From a virus (taxonomy: Duplodnaviria > Caudoviricetes), in IMG/VR virus record IMGVR_UViG_3300045594_000287, positions 1 through 64,000 of that record: DNA of 64,000 nucleotides; one strand, written 5' to 3'. This document shows, in pieces, positions 48,001-56,800 of the stretch; position 1 is the stretch's first letter; each line of letters opens with the position of its first letter. The notes under the pieces are model-generated. The model was not told the origin of the DNA and searched no databases. It worked only from the letters and a program-made list of their open reading frames with translations. A program made the position numbers and the translations under genes.

Positions 48001-51000
48001 ACTCTCGTCAGTACCAGCCGGCAGGCGGTCGTATTACTCCTACGCTGAAATACGAGCTTGCCGCTTCCATGGAGAACATGGGACTTGATAACCCTGAGGA
48101 GGTGTTGTCAAAAGCAGATAAAACGATCCCCAAGATTTCTATATATAGTTCTAAAACTGGCGCAGACAGCTATGCACACGATATCGTTAACAGCGTATTG
48201 TTCAACGATCTTGATGGGAAAACACTCGATGAAGTAAGAGACGACCTCCAGGAGTATGGATATACTCGTGAGCAGGCAGAAAAAATCATCGCTATGAGAG
48301 AGCAGCGCAAGGCTGATGCGCAGCCGTTCATGAAACGACTGATCGAAAGTGTTCAAAAAAATGGAGGCTCAATCGGATATAACGCAGAAGATCGTGAGGT
48401 GTTCGTAAGCCATAAAGGGAAGACAACAAAATTAAATAATCTTCCCATGGATGAATACTCCAATGGAATGTTCTATACCAGGGTGAATAATTCAAAAGTC
48501 CATGCATCGTCAGGATTCTACGCTACTGGAAAGTATAAAGATGGAAAAGGAACTTTGAAGTTCGGTTCATCGTTATTGAAAGCTGGAGACAGCGTAGGCT
48601 GGATGGATACAGCTATCGCCAGAGGTGCTGAAAACGGAGACCTTGGAGATGAGGTAAACAGCGTCCTTAGTGGGTATGCGAAGGTTATTCGTGAAAATTC
48701 TTCTATCATGGAAGAAGATCTTCAGGACATGCGTGGGCAGTTTGACATTAACTATCGCGAAGTAGCCCCGTTTATCGAAGATAACTGGGATCAGATATCC
48801 CAAAATATGGTATTTGATGATTCGCCTCAGGGGCAGATAAACCAGATTCTAAGAGATGCTGCGATGGACGGTAAACTTAGTGGTGACCGGCTTAACTTTG
48901 AGTTGAATTCTGCCATCATCCAGAATGCAGACAACATCTTGCCAGTAATGGCACAAAAATATGGTGGAAGCTATGCACAGACCATTATGTCTGGTTTTTC
49001 TCTCAATATGAAACATGCTGGAGAACTTAAGGCCAGCGCAACAGAAATAACGAATTTTGGCGACGACTTAGATAGTGGTAAGCGTGACGTAGCAAGCTTC
49101 ACAGGACGTGCTTACAAATTCCGCGCGGATGGAAAAGTTGATGGTGTTCGTATAGGACAATCTGTAACATCTGAGATAGCAGGTAATTATGCAGAAGACG
49201 CCGGCGAAGGAATCTCATACGGTGTAGATACAACACTTCGTACTGGCCGTGTACGAATGACAACCAGCGGGCTGCGTAATCTCGTAAATAGTGCAGACAT
49301 CGACAATGACTATGTACGAGACGTGTTGACTGGAATACATTTGGACGAAGGATCTGCTGCTGCCGATCCTAGACTTATAGATCAGTATTTCACTAGACGT
49401 AAGTCTATGCAGAGAATCGCAATGCATCGAATCTTTGACATGGACAAAGATACAATCGATAACCTTAGCACGAAGCAGCATACTGCTCCAATTCTAAACA
49501 TTGACCCTAAAACGGGTAATATCAGTTTCACGTATTCGAACGGCCTATTCGTAGAAAGCACAGACTTGTCGGGAGAAAGCCCGATTAGCGTCAAAGGATT
49601 CCAGGGTGCAAAAGAAGAAGTTGCAATCAAAGAAGCTGGTTTGTTCAACGTTGGCTTCTTCTCGAAGAAGGGTAATCTTTTTGCTGACCAGCAGAGCGTA
49701 ACAGATCTTTTAAATAGCAAGAAATACCATGGCCGCATCGTGAATGCAGAAGATTCGCGTCTAGAGGCTCTTAACGTCCTGAATGAAGTATACAACGCTT
49801 CGTTCTACAATCTGTCACTGGATGCCAACGGAAATACAAAACTCGGAGAACAAGCAGAAAAAGGCATGTATAATGCCCTATTTGCTACGCCTGGAGCAAT
49901 AGATAAACGTGTAGGAAGCACATTAGACCGACTAGGCCTTAGCAGCATGAAGGATCTTGTGCCGAGGTTGGATTTCATCGAATCCCTAAACGCGAAAGAT
50001 ATATCAAAAACTCCATTGGGAGCAATGATCAGTGCAAAAGCTGGACGTAACGTATCTCATGATGAGATTCTAAAAGTAATCGGCAGTGAATTTAACAGTG
50101 CGAAAAGCATGTACGATGCAATGATGGAAGAGCGCTATAAGCCATGGGATACGCTCGAAAGTATTGCTCGTAATGCTAATGTTATAAAAAATGGAGAAAC
50201 GGTCCATGCTTTCAGCAACACGATTGCTGCAGAGAATAAGCATTTAAACGCACGATCCGTCTTGAGAGTTACAGATAACCTCCTCGAAAAATATAATGGG
50301 GATGCCCAAAAAGTCGCATCATTGCTGCAAGAAGCAATGCCAGGGATTCACGTTGGTGGCAGCGGGCGGCTGTATCACAGTGGAGATATTGATATTGATG
50401 CTGTGATGGAAATAGCGAATAAGGAACTTGACGGCAACGTAAGAACCTTCTACACAAATGGAAACAAAACCATTTCAGCAGAACAATTCAGCATGCTTCC
50501 TGAAGGCGAAAAAGGAAAATGGAAAAAGAACGAATCCAGTTATGCATACACTGAATTAATGCAGCTCCCAGACCAGGACCGTGAGCGCTTAAGTGACGAG
50601 AATGGAGTTGGCAAGACCCTAAAGATGGATCATCGTACCAAGGCAATGCTTGATACCCAGGTCTACAGCAAAGAAGGTCTTAAGAATGTTCGTAATGGCT
50701 TTGTTGATTCAATGGGCAAAGAAGCTGGCGAAGCTCAGTATCGTAAGTATTTTATGGATGCCCAAAACGGAAAACTTGTGGCTGAAGGACTTAGCGACAA
50801 GATAAACGATTCAAGGTATTATGATCCAGGAGATAAACGCGTTGCTATCGATGGAGGACAAGATTTAACTAAAAAAGACAAAGAAGAAATAAGCAAGGCA
50901 AAGGAAGAGCTTAGAAAATCTGGAATAAACAAAAAGATTGCTGACCAGATAATCGAAGAAGCTCGAACCGCCGGAGTTAAAGACGTTGGCGTAGGGGCTA

Positions 51001-53714
51001 TTAAGAAGCAATACTCTTACAATATGTATAGCGTTGCAGATGACTTCAACAGAAAAGGCGGACTAACTAAAGATGACATGATCAAAAAATGGGGGTACAA
51101 AGAACCTATTTCCTTGACCAGCTTAATCACCGGCGCAAGCGATACTGTCGGACTCGAAAAATCTATGTATGGATCGAATACGCTTATAGATTTACATATA
51201 CCTGAACTGGGTGACCATCAGATATATGATGATGAAGCCCATCGTTATATGGCATTGCCTTGGGCTGATCCTAAAACAATGGGATCTTCAGATGAACTTG
51301 CTAGAACAGCATATCAGAAAAAAATTGCGGGCATGCAAAATGTTGTAAATCGAATGCGTCGAACAGCAGATGAAAACAATGGCCAAATCACAGATAAGGA
51401 AAAAATTGAAATCCAAGCAGATCTAAAAAATCGAGTAACCCAAACACATGAAGCGATTGCCGCTCAACTTGTACAGAAGAAAGGCTTAATGGCTCAAGCT
51501 TCAGAAGCTCACTTCGGAGATGCTGGTTTCAACAAAGCTTATGGTATACAGCTCGAAGGCAACGAAAAAGGATTCTGGGGAAACATAAACTTTGATGGGC
51601 TAAATATCTCAAAAGAAGCTGGGAAGGGAGAAGCCGGATTAGAGATTGATTACCAAGTGGCTGGAATGAAAGCGAGGAATCGTTTCTATAACGATAAATA
51701 CTTCAAGTCATTAGGCCTGGATGAAGAAACGACAAAAGCTATCCAGGAAAATACATTTGATCGCTTGAACAACGGCGGAACATTATCATTGAATATCCGT
51801 AACCCACAGGGTTACGATAAATCGACCAGCGCCGCAGCAATGTATTTTGACAAATCAATAAAAGGTAACACACTTGCTACATCTGCAGTGATGTGGGAAT
51901 CCAAAAAAGGCGATTATGACTCAGATGAAGCTGACTTCAAAATCCTTAAAGGCCGTGCCACTATCGTTGGGAATAATGGCAAGCAAACGGTAACTGATAT
52001 TGACTATGCTACTTATCAGACGCTGCAGCAGGCCAAAGAAAAAGGCATAATCAAAGATATATCGATGTCCGAAGAAGGACTTAAACTCTTCGCAGACACT
52101 AAGAAATCAATCATGTATAACGCCGCAGACCGGAATAAAGCTTCAAGGTCTGAACTCGGGAATACTGAATTGGGGCAGGGAGAGTACAACTACAGTAAGT
52201 TATACAATGAGTCTCTTGAAGGCAATGGCAACGTTGATAAGGTTGGCCACCATCATTTAACAACGGGGCTTAGAGAGCTTGCTCCTGAACGAAAAATGCA
52301 GCTGGCAAATATCTATAAAGATACTGAGCAAGCAGTCATTAATAAGGTTGGCCAGGAAGCATACGACAAACTGGATAACGCATCTAAGCGATCTGAATAC
52401 TTCAATTATGTCTCTGAAAATATGACTGGAGAAGCTTCAAACGAAGCGCGTAAAGCTGCAAGCTTTAATTTCAGAGTAGAGCGAAGCGCTCAGGATGCCG
52501 AAGCACGAGCGCGTAAAGTTGCTGCCGGCGAAATGAATGACGCAGTGTTCAAGTATTTCCGGGTAGCTGAGCAGGCTAAATTCTCTGACGGGTCAAAAGT
52601 CTATAGCGGTGAAGATCTGAAGGCAATGGCTCAGGTTCATACTGCATTGAACGAGGCGTTCTTATCTCCTAAGAACGAAAAAGGTGTTGGCAACATCTCA
52701 ATTGCTTCACAGTTGAGAGATGCTTTCCAGGACGTGTATCATGCAGCCAGGAGCAATAGCTTAAATACAGAAGCCAGAGAGAAAGCAAGAAACAAACTCA
52801 TTGACATCATTGACCCGATCATTCAAGGCAGGCGCGGGAAAGAAGTTGCAAAGATCCCGGGGATGGAACTTGATGCTGAGGGCAAGGCTACTGAGGCTGG
52901 AGCAAGGCATGCAGCAGAAATATTCGCATCCGTAGCCGACAGAGTAAGTTTAGCCGGGGTAAATATGAACACCTTGAATATGGGTGTTACTAGCGGGGCT
53001 ACCTCAGACGGAATCATGCACGCCGCATACCAACGTGCCAGTGACAATATGATCATGGATATGGCTGAACATCAGGCAAACATCCAGAGAAAGATAAATG
53101 GTAATGGATACAGCTCAATAGAGGAATCTACTGGCATTCACGCCTTCAGAGGATACGAAAAAGAAAATGCCGAACTCATGAGAGAAAATGCAGCTGAGGC
53201 AGCACGCAAATTAAAAGACTATGAAAATGGGAAGGCTCCAAACTTATCCGATGCCGTACCTGTCAGTAGAGGATTGGGGAAAGAAATCGGAGAAGCCTTA
53301 TCACACATGAAGATTACTGGTAAAGGCTTTGCAAAAGGCATGCTGGGAATTGCAGGTTCTCTTCTTGTTTCTGGGTATGCCAACAATCCGAGTGCCCCAG
53401 CAAGCAGCCAGCCTGCTCCGGCTGAGACTCAAGCTCAAGGAGCAACCGACTCAGCCAATGGGATGTCTGAAACTCAAGTGCCAAATCTATCTGACGGAAA
53501 TGTGAATGTATTGAGGGGCGGTCCGAAGTCAGGATACGTAATCAATATCAATGCCACATCGCCAAGAGGACAATCAGCAGCACAAAACGCCATTAGCCAA
53601 GCGATTGGAGGAGCTGTTCCAATGAACTCTTCTATAAATGTTGCCACCAATACATCGTACAAAGATAAAATAGACCAATTCCAAATTGGCAAAATCATAG
53701 AAGGAATGTTTTAA
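45063..53714 (+). CDS. Giant putative virion RNA polymerase (fused beta/beta'-like DPBB domains) with N-terminal DEDDh 3'-5' exonuclease
   Basis: Exonuclease: DTE (183-185), GHN..TFD (346-353), H451-x4-D456. RNAP: HLDEG (about 1428), K1593-x6-KG, QKKG (about 2139), R2246-NP, GDYDSD (2283-2288). The start may be TTG 45072 (GAGGTG RBS). Confidence 0.75.
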   Translation: MRTLRQNFINDDSKKIVESKVNDHIGKITRNSVEEQILEKSDKTDKNLYNKNIDQWREIHGAEIANGLLKSTDAVAGINVRAIKNTLTNAHSSQIIMNPSELYGETRKSRYLEADVKEVYEKMGMDAFEHVLDLNETGSKYFVGKTATSIAFQHTNRGVKQNYDRMMAGIKNSEEKGLFVDWDTETMSGTNKFGKQIVDQMTEFTFKVANYDDGSIVKGRSYGSIIGATEAQYNDYLKKIERYENGGSLSNLDRVELNRLALMGKSKVKETESGIHNYSYFAGAEEVAENRSEDMRAGLEQLFGIGKAQQAKGAVEEYGGQKMFAWEKKLFQGLDEIIQNDLTAVGHNTLTFDNGVMLHQLQHGMWSAGGKAYADQMLKATNGLHFEHENDTIAMIRQSVPDRLQIYRNADGTLNQAAMQYNKEHGLTLFQQEAIQNAMNSDFYASIGAAHTSDVDVQANAMMYASNKLKLNTEESFFKGMPESAPSIQLTGGSKQLLYAMEGGGIEYKGLLGFVTDPLTGDIRTSDKYRMSKVPTGGEMASEVNKDFFATGNIHKGVSYTISNATKVETSDEFRDLIGKYRPGMDVRSLVAVQLMPVSNSKTMRAKTPYTLIGSMTDVQDYINHTFLHTGHAVEDSQGHRTWTANGIPEESRRLLQVREFANDGVHAGFKDYSLEDQLAESSYRLTNESAARVVRAHELKKDVGVLRYVQDMDKYARENAIDPTDEYQMENMRQKFRDSVFSRSKSIESKIRSGKGYEAEEMVGTFHDYFGYIDRDTKNPMVWSDTVMSALDREGYVRKNQQVISGAIKHAYARAGESVTDQDISHMTALQKKNKEASAYYRMYMESATDAAIRKFGSGRPVGEHRMGIHTYELNQFEFDMNGYKGNFNPDNDIFSVHLGENGNTMVNRLLRHQGLRTDISDEAKIAELRRFQKFIGGSETLSELNSTRRELLEKNNLINIGEDTIDSAATKIITPLQNSRQYQPAGGRITPTLKYELAASMENMGLDNPEEVLSKADKTIPKISIYSSKTGADSYAHDIVNSVLFNDLDGKTLDEVRDDLQEYGYTREQAEKIIAMREQRKADAQPFMKRLIESVQKNGGSIGYNAEDREVFVSHKGKTTKLNNLPMDEYSNGMFYTRVNNSKVHASSGFYATGKYKDGKGTLKFGSSLLKAGDSVGWMDTAIARGAENGDLGDEVNSVLSGYAKVIRENSSIMEEDLQDMRGQFDINYREVAPFIEDNWDQISQNMVFDDSPQGQINQILRDAAMDGKLSGDRLNFELNSAIIQNADNILPVMAQKYGGSYAQTIMSGFSLNMKHAGELKASATEITNFGDDLDSGKRDVASFTGRAYKFRADGKVDGVRIGQSVTSEIAGNYAEDAGEGISYGVDTTLRTGRVRMTTSGLRNLVNSADIDNDYVRDVLTGIHLDEGSAAADPRLIDQYFTRRKSMQRIAMHRIFDMDKDTIDNLSTKQHTAPILNIDPKTGNISFTYSNGLFVESTDLSGESPISVKGFQGAKEEVAIKEAGLFNVGFFSKKGNLFADQQSVTDLLNSKKYHGRIVNAEDSRLEALNVLNEVYNASFYNLSLDANGNTKLGEQAEKGMYNALFATPGAIDKRVGSTLDRLGLSSMKDLVPRLDFIESLNAKDISKTPLGAMISAKAGRNVSHDEILKVIGSEFNSAKSMYDAMMEERYKPWDTLESIARNANVIKNGETVHAFSNTIAAENKHLNARSVLRVTDNLLEKYNGDAQKVASLLQEAMPGIHVGGSGRLYHSGDIDIDAVMEIANKELDGNVRTFYTNGNKTISAEQFSMLPEGEKGKWKKNESSYAYTELMQLPDQDRERLSDENGVGKTLKMDHRTKAMLDTQVYSKEGLKNVRNGFVDSMGKEAGEAQYRKYFMDAQNGKLVAEGLSDKINDSRYYDPGDKRVAIDGGQDLTKKDKEEISKAKEELRKSGINKKIADQIIEEARTAGVKDVGVGAIKKQYSYNMYSVADDFNRKGGLTKDDMIKKWGYKEPISLTSLITGASDTVGLEKSMYGSNTLIDLHIPELGDHQIYDDEAHRYMALPWADPKTMGSSDELARTAYQKKIAGMQNVVNRMRRTADENNGQITDKEKIEIQADLKNRVTQTHEAIAAQLVQKKGLMAQASEAHFGDAGFNKAYGIQLEGNEKGFWGNINFDGLNISKEAGKGEAGLEIDYQVAGMKARNRFYNDKYFKSLGLDEETTKAIQENTFDRLNNGGTLSLNIRNPQGYDKSTSAAAMYFDKSIKGNTLATSAVMWESKKGDYDSDEADFKILKGRATIVGNNGKQTVTDIDYATYQTLQQAKEKGIIKDISMSEEGLKLFADTKKSIMYNAADRNKASRSELGNTELGQGEYNYSKLYNESLEGNGNVDKVGHHHLTTGLRELAPERKMQLANIYKDTEQAVINKVGQEAYDKLDNASKRSEYFNYVSENMTGEASNEARKAASFNFRVERSAQDAEARARKVAAGEMNDAVFKYFRVAEQAKFSDGSKVYSGEDLKAMAQVHTALNEAFLSPKNEKGVGNISIASQLRDAFQDVYHAARSNSLNTEAREKARNKLIDIIDPIIQGRRGKEVAKIPGMELDAEGKATEAGARHAAEIFASVADRVSLAGVNMNTLNMGVTSGATSDGIMHAAYQRASDNMIMDMAEHQANIQRKINGNGYSSIEESTGIHAFRGYEKENAELMRENAAEAARKLKDYENGKAPNLSDAVPVSRGLGKEIGEALSHMKITGKGFAKGMLGIAGSLLVSGYANNPSAPASSQPAPAETQAQGATDSANGMSETQVPNLSDGNVNVLRGGPKSGYVININATSPRGQSAAQNAISQAIGGAVPMNSSINVATNTSYKDKIDQFQIGKIIEGMF

Positions 53715-53718
53715 CTTA

Positions 53719-53744
53719 GCCGCCTACGGGCGGCTTTTTATTTT
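53719..53744 (+). terminator. Intrinsic terminator with UNCG tetraloop
   Basis: AGCCGCC-TACG-GGCGGCT plus T run. Confidence 0.85.
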
Positions 53745-53750
53745 CCTCAA

Positions 53751-53810
53751 TTTAGTCAACTGTCGACTAAATCATGAAAAAGTAAATTTAGTCGGTAGTC
53801 GACTAAATTT
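53751..53810. promoter_or_regulatory. Two tandem copies of the TTTAGTC-N7-GACTAAA palindrome
   Basis: 53751-53771 and 53787-53807; match 33761-33781. Confidence 0.75.
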
Positions 53811-53862
53811 AATAGCCTTCTACAAAGAGTAATAATACAGGTAGTAAAAGGAGGATATATTC

Positions 53863-56800
53863 ATGGCTAACGAAAATACGACTGAAACAGTAAACAAAGA
53901 CGTTGCGGCTGCTGCCGATCATGTCAACAACATGGATTACCGTGTCTCTGATAAGAATTTCAAGACCCCTGAAATGGGAGATTTTTATATTGGTGCTGTA
54001 GATAGCACATATCTTAAAAGACTGGATGAAATAGTAAATGGAAAGGGAGAAGGTGAAGGAGACGATAAGAATGCCGCCTTCTACACTGAAGCCCCTCCGG
54101 TAAAAGAGCTTGGAGAAACACCTACGTCTCTGTTCGTGAAAGCTCATGTTAACATTTCCCAGGATGATATCGATAACGGATTGTGCAACGGAAACACTTT
54201 GAATGTAAGTCTTGATGGCATTGTCGGCGATTCCGAAGGAAAAGCAGTAAGCAATATTCAAGCATCTATGTTTAACAATACATTCAATACACCAATGGTT
54301 GGAACGGAAAGTAAAAATATTTCTGTTCGTCTGGTAGGAATGAAATGCCCAGCTAATCCGAAATGGGCTCAAGAAAAAGGAGTTAAAAAGGACTCTATAA
54401 AAATGAAGACAGTAGCTATAGGGGATGCCGCAAAATCCTCTGACTATGTTTTTGCTAACGGCATCCACGATAAGTCCGAAACGATTACGGTTGCTTATAT
54501 CGGAAATAAATGGAGAGAGATAACCATTTACAACCAAGACGACAATGTAATGGATTTTCGTTGGTGTGTTGATAGCGGCGACTCTGATGGAGGAAGCAAG
54601 GATTCCGGAGGCGTTACTGCAGCGAATAACTTAAAGAAACTGATTGATAGTGCTAATGGAGAAGTGTATTTTCTATTAGATAAGAATTCTTGTCCAACTC
54701 AGTTTGCATCAACATCGAGTGATATTTTATCTGATAGCAGCGCGATCCAACAACTGGCATCATGGAATAAGACTAACGACAATTCGAGCAACGGCTTAAA
54801 CCAAGTTACTCAAGATGCAGCAGCCAGATTCATAGGAGCTGCCTATGTAAAACGTGATGGAAAATGGATAAATCTTACGAAAGCAGCCCTTACGGACGAT
54901 TCTAACCAAACGCTGTCTGCTGATACCTCATACGATGGTAAATGTAGAGACGTTTTTAAGCCCGCACGCTATGATAAAGATTCGGTCAACTACGCCGATG
55001 CGTTTATGAAACTTACCGATGAAATTGACGATCGTAAGAAAATCCAACATGATATTTTCAACTCAACTCCAGAAGATCTTCGCAAATGGACAGTCACTAT
55101 AGGCGACGTAACATTATTCGTCCCCCCGACAAGCATTACGTGCACCTCTGAAATTGAAAACGAGCGGTTACCAATGCTGAGATCTAAAGGCAGCATGGCA
55201 AAAACAGGCCGAAGAAGTGTGCGTCATATCCAGATGCACATATACTTTAACGAGGAGCGGGGGATTAACGGGTTCAAATATGAAGCAAAGACTCCGAATG
55301 GATCTGCTATAAAATACTCTATCAATGGACTACGATCTTTAGTCGCTCAGTTTAAGTTCGTTCCGTATGTACCGATTGATAATGAATACATCAATGAAAC
55401 GCTTGGAATAAGTGCTGTAACTGTAAATAATCTCAGCGTAAAAAACGTAAATGGTTACCCCCGTTTATTGGATGCTACGCTGACAGTTACTGAATTCGAC
55501 TATACCGTATACATGCCAGAAGCTACGCTTACAGGTATAGACAATGGCGGATTCGTTAATTTTTTTGCAGCTGCTATAAATTGGCCAACTATGCGCTATT
55601 ACTACCAGCGGGCACTTTCGTATGGAGATTCATTCAAAGAGAATGGATTAACTTACAATTCTTCCGACTATAACAAGGCAATCATTAAGAATCGTACATC
55701 GCTGATCCCAATGTCGTTTACCGACCCAAATGTCAAATTTTATGTTGCGAGTGCAGATTACCTCGATAAAATGTTACAAGCCAAGCTTAATGCAAAACGC
55801 GGCAAGGGCGATAATAATATTAGCTTTACGCCTGATGAAAAGAATGCAGCAAAAGATCTTGGAACAATATACGATGCAATAGACGCTTGTAAGAACGACG
55901 GAGAATTTCAGAATGCACTTGCTAAATTGAATTCCAGAGATTTAGCCTGGAGTCCGAAGTACTCTGAAAACGGCAACTACATAAACCTTACGGGTGATAC
56001 AGCGTTCTCAGGAAAGGAACAATATAGCCAGGGCATGGTTAGCGGTACAAATCTCTGTATGGTCGCAAGTGGATACACTGGGGATCGTGAAGGAGTAGAA
56101 AAAGACCTGAATGGCGCCCTGTCTCTTTTAAAAGCCCATATGGATGAGGTCAATGAGAAGGCGGGAAAGACTATTCTCTCTGATCCAAAATTCTATATAA
56201 AATGTAGCGGAGGCAATGACGAACGTAAATTCTCTGCTGGTGTATCTTACGCAGTAAACCTTGAGTATCTTTCTACGGATGCGAATTACAATGACATAAG
56301 AAAAGACGTGTCGAATTATATCGATGCGAACTCAGAAGACTTCTTCAATGATCGTCGCATAAACGTTCCATTGTCGCTTCCATTGAGCAACCCAAGTGAA
56401 AATTACAAAACAACAGTGATGCCTAAAAATGGAGAGCTCTCGATCGACATGGACAATAAAGATGTTGCTTTTCTGAAGTATTGCCAAACTCTTGGCAAAG
56501 AAGCTCCGGATCCGAATGACACGAAACGTATCAGCTTTGTCAACCTTAATCAGCTCGATAATCTTTATTATGAAGAGTATACGATGCCTGAAACACGGGT
56601 ATCGAACTGGAGCGTGGCGTTGACTAACCACATCTCAAATCTCAATGTATGCGAGATATCCGGCTCTTCTCCTCAGTATCTTGGTGGTGAAGATTTGGCC
56701 ATTACCATGGAGGTTACCACCACAAGCGATGAAGTCGTAAAGAAATTATCCTGCCTGCCACAGATCTGTGCAGCATATGGCCGTAAATATCATAGCATTC

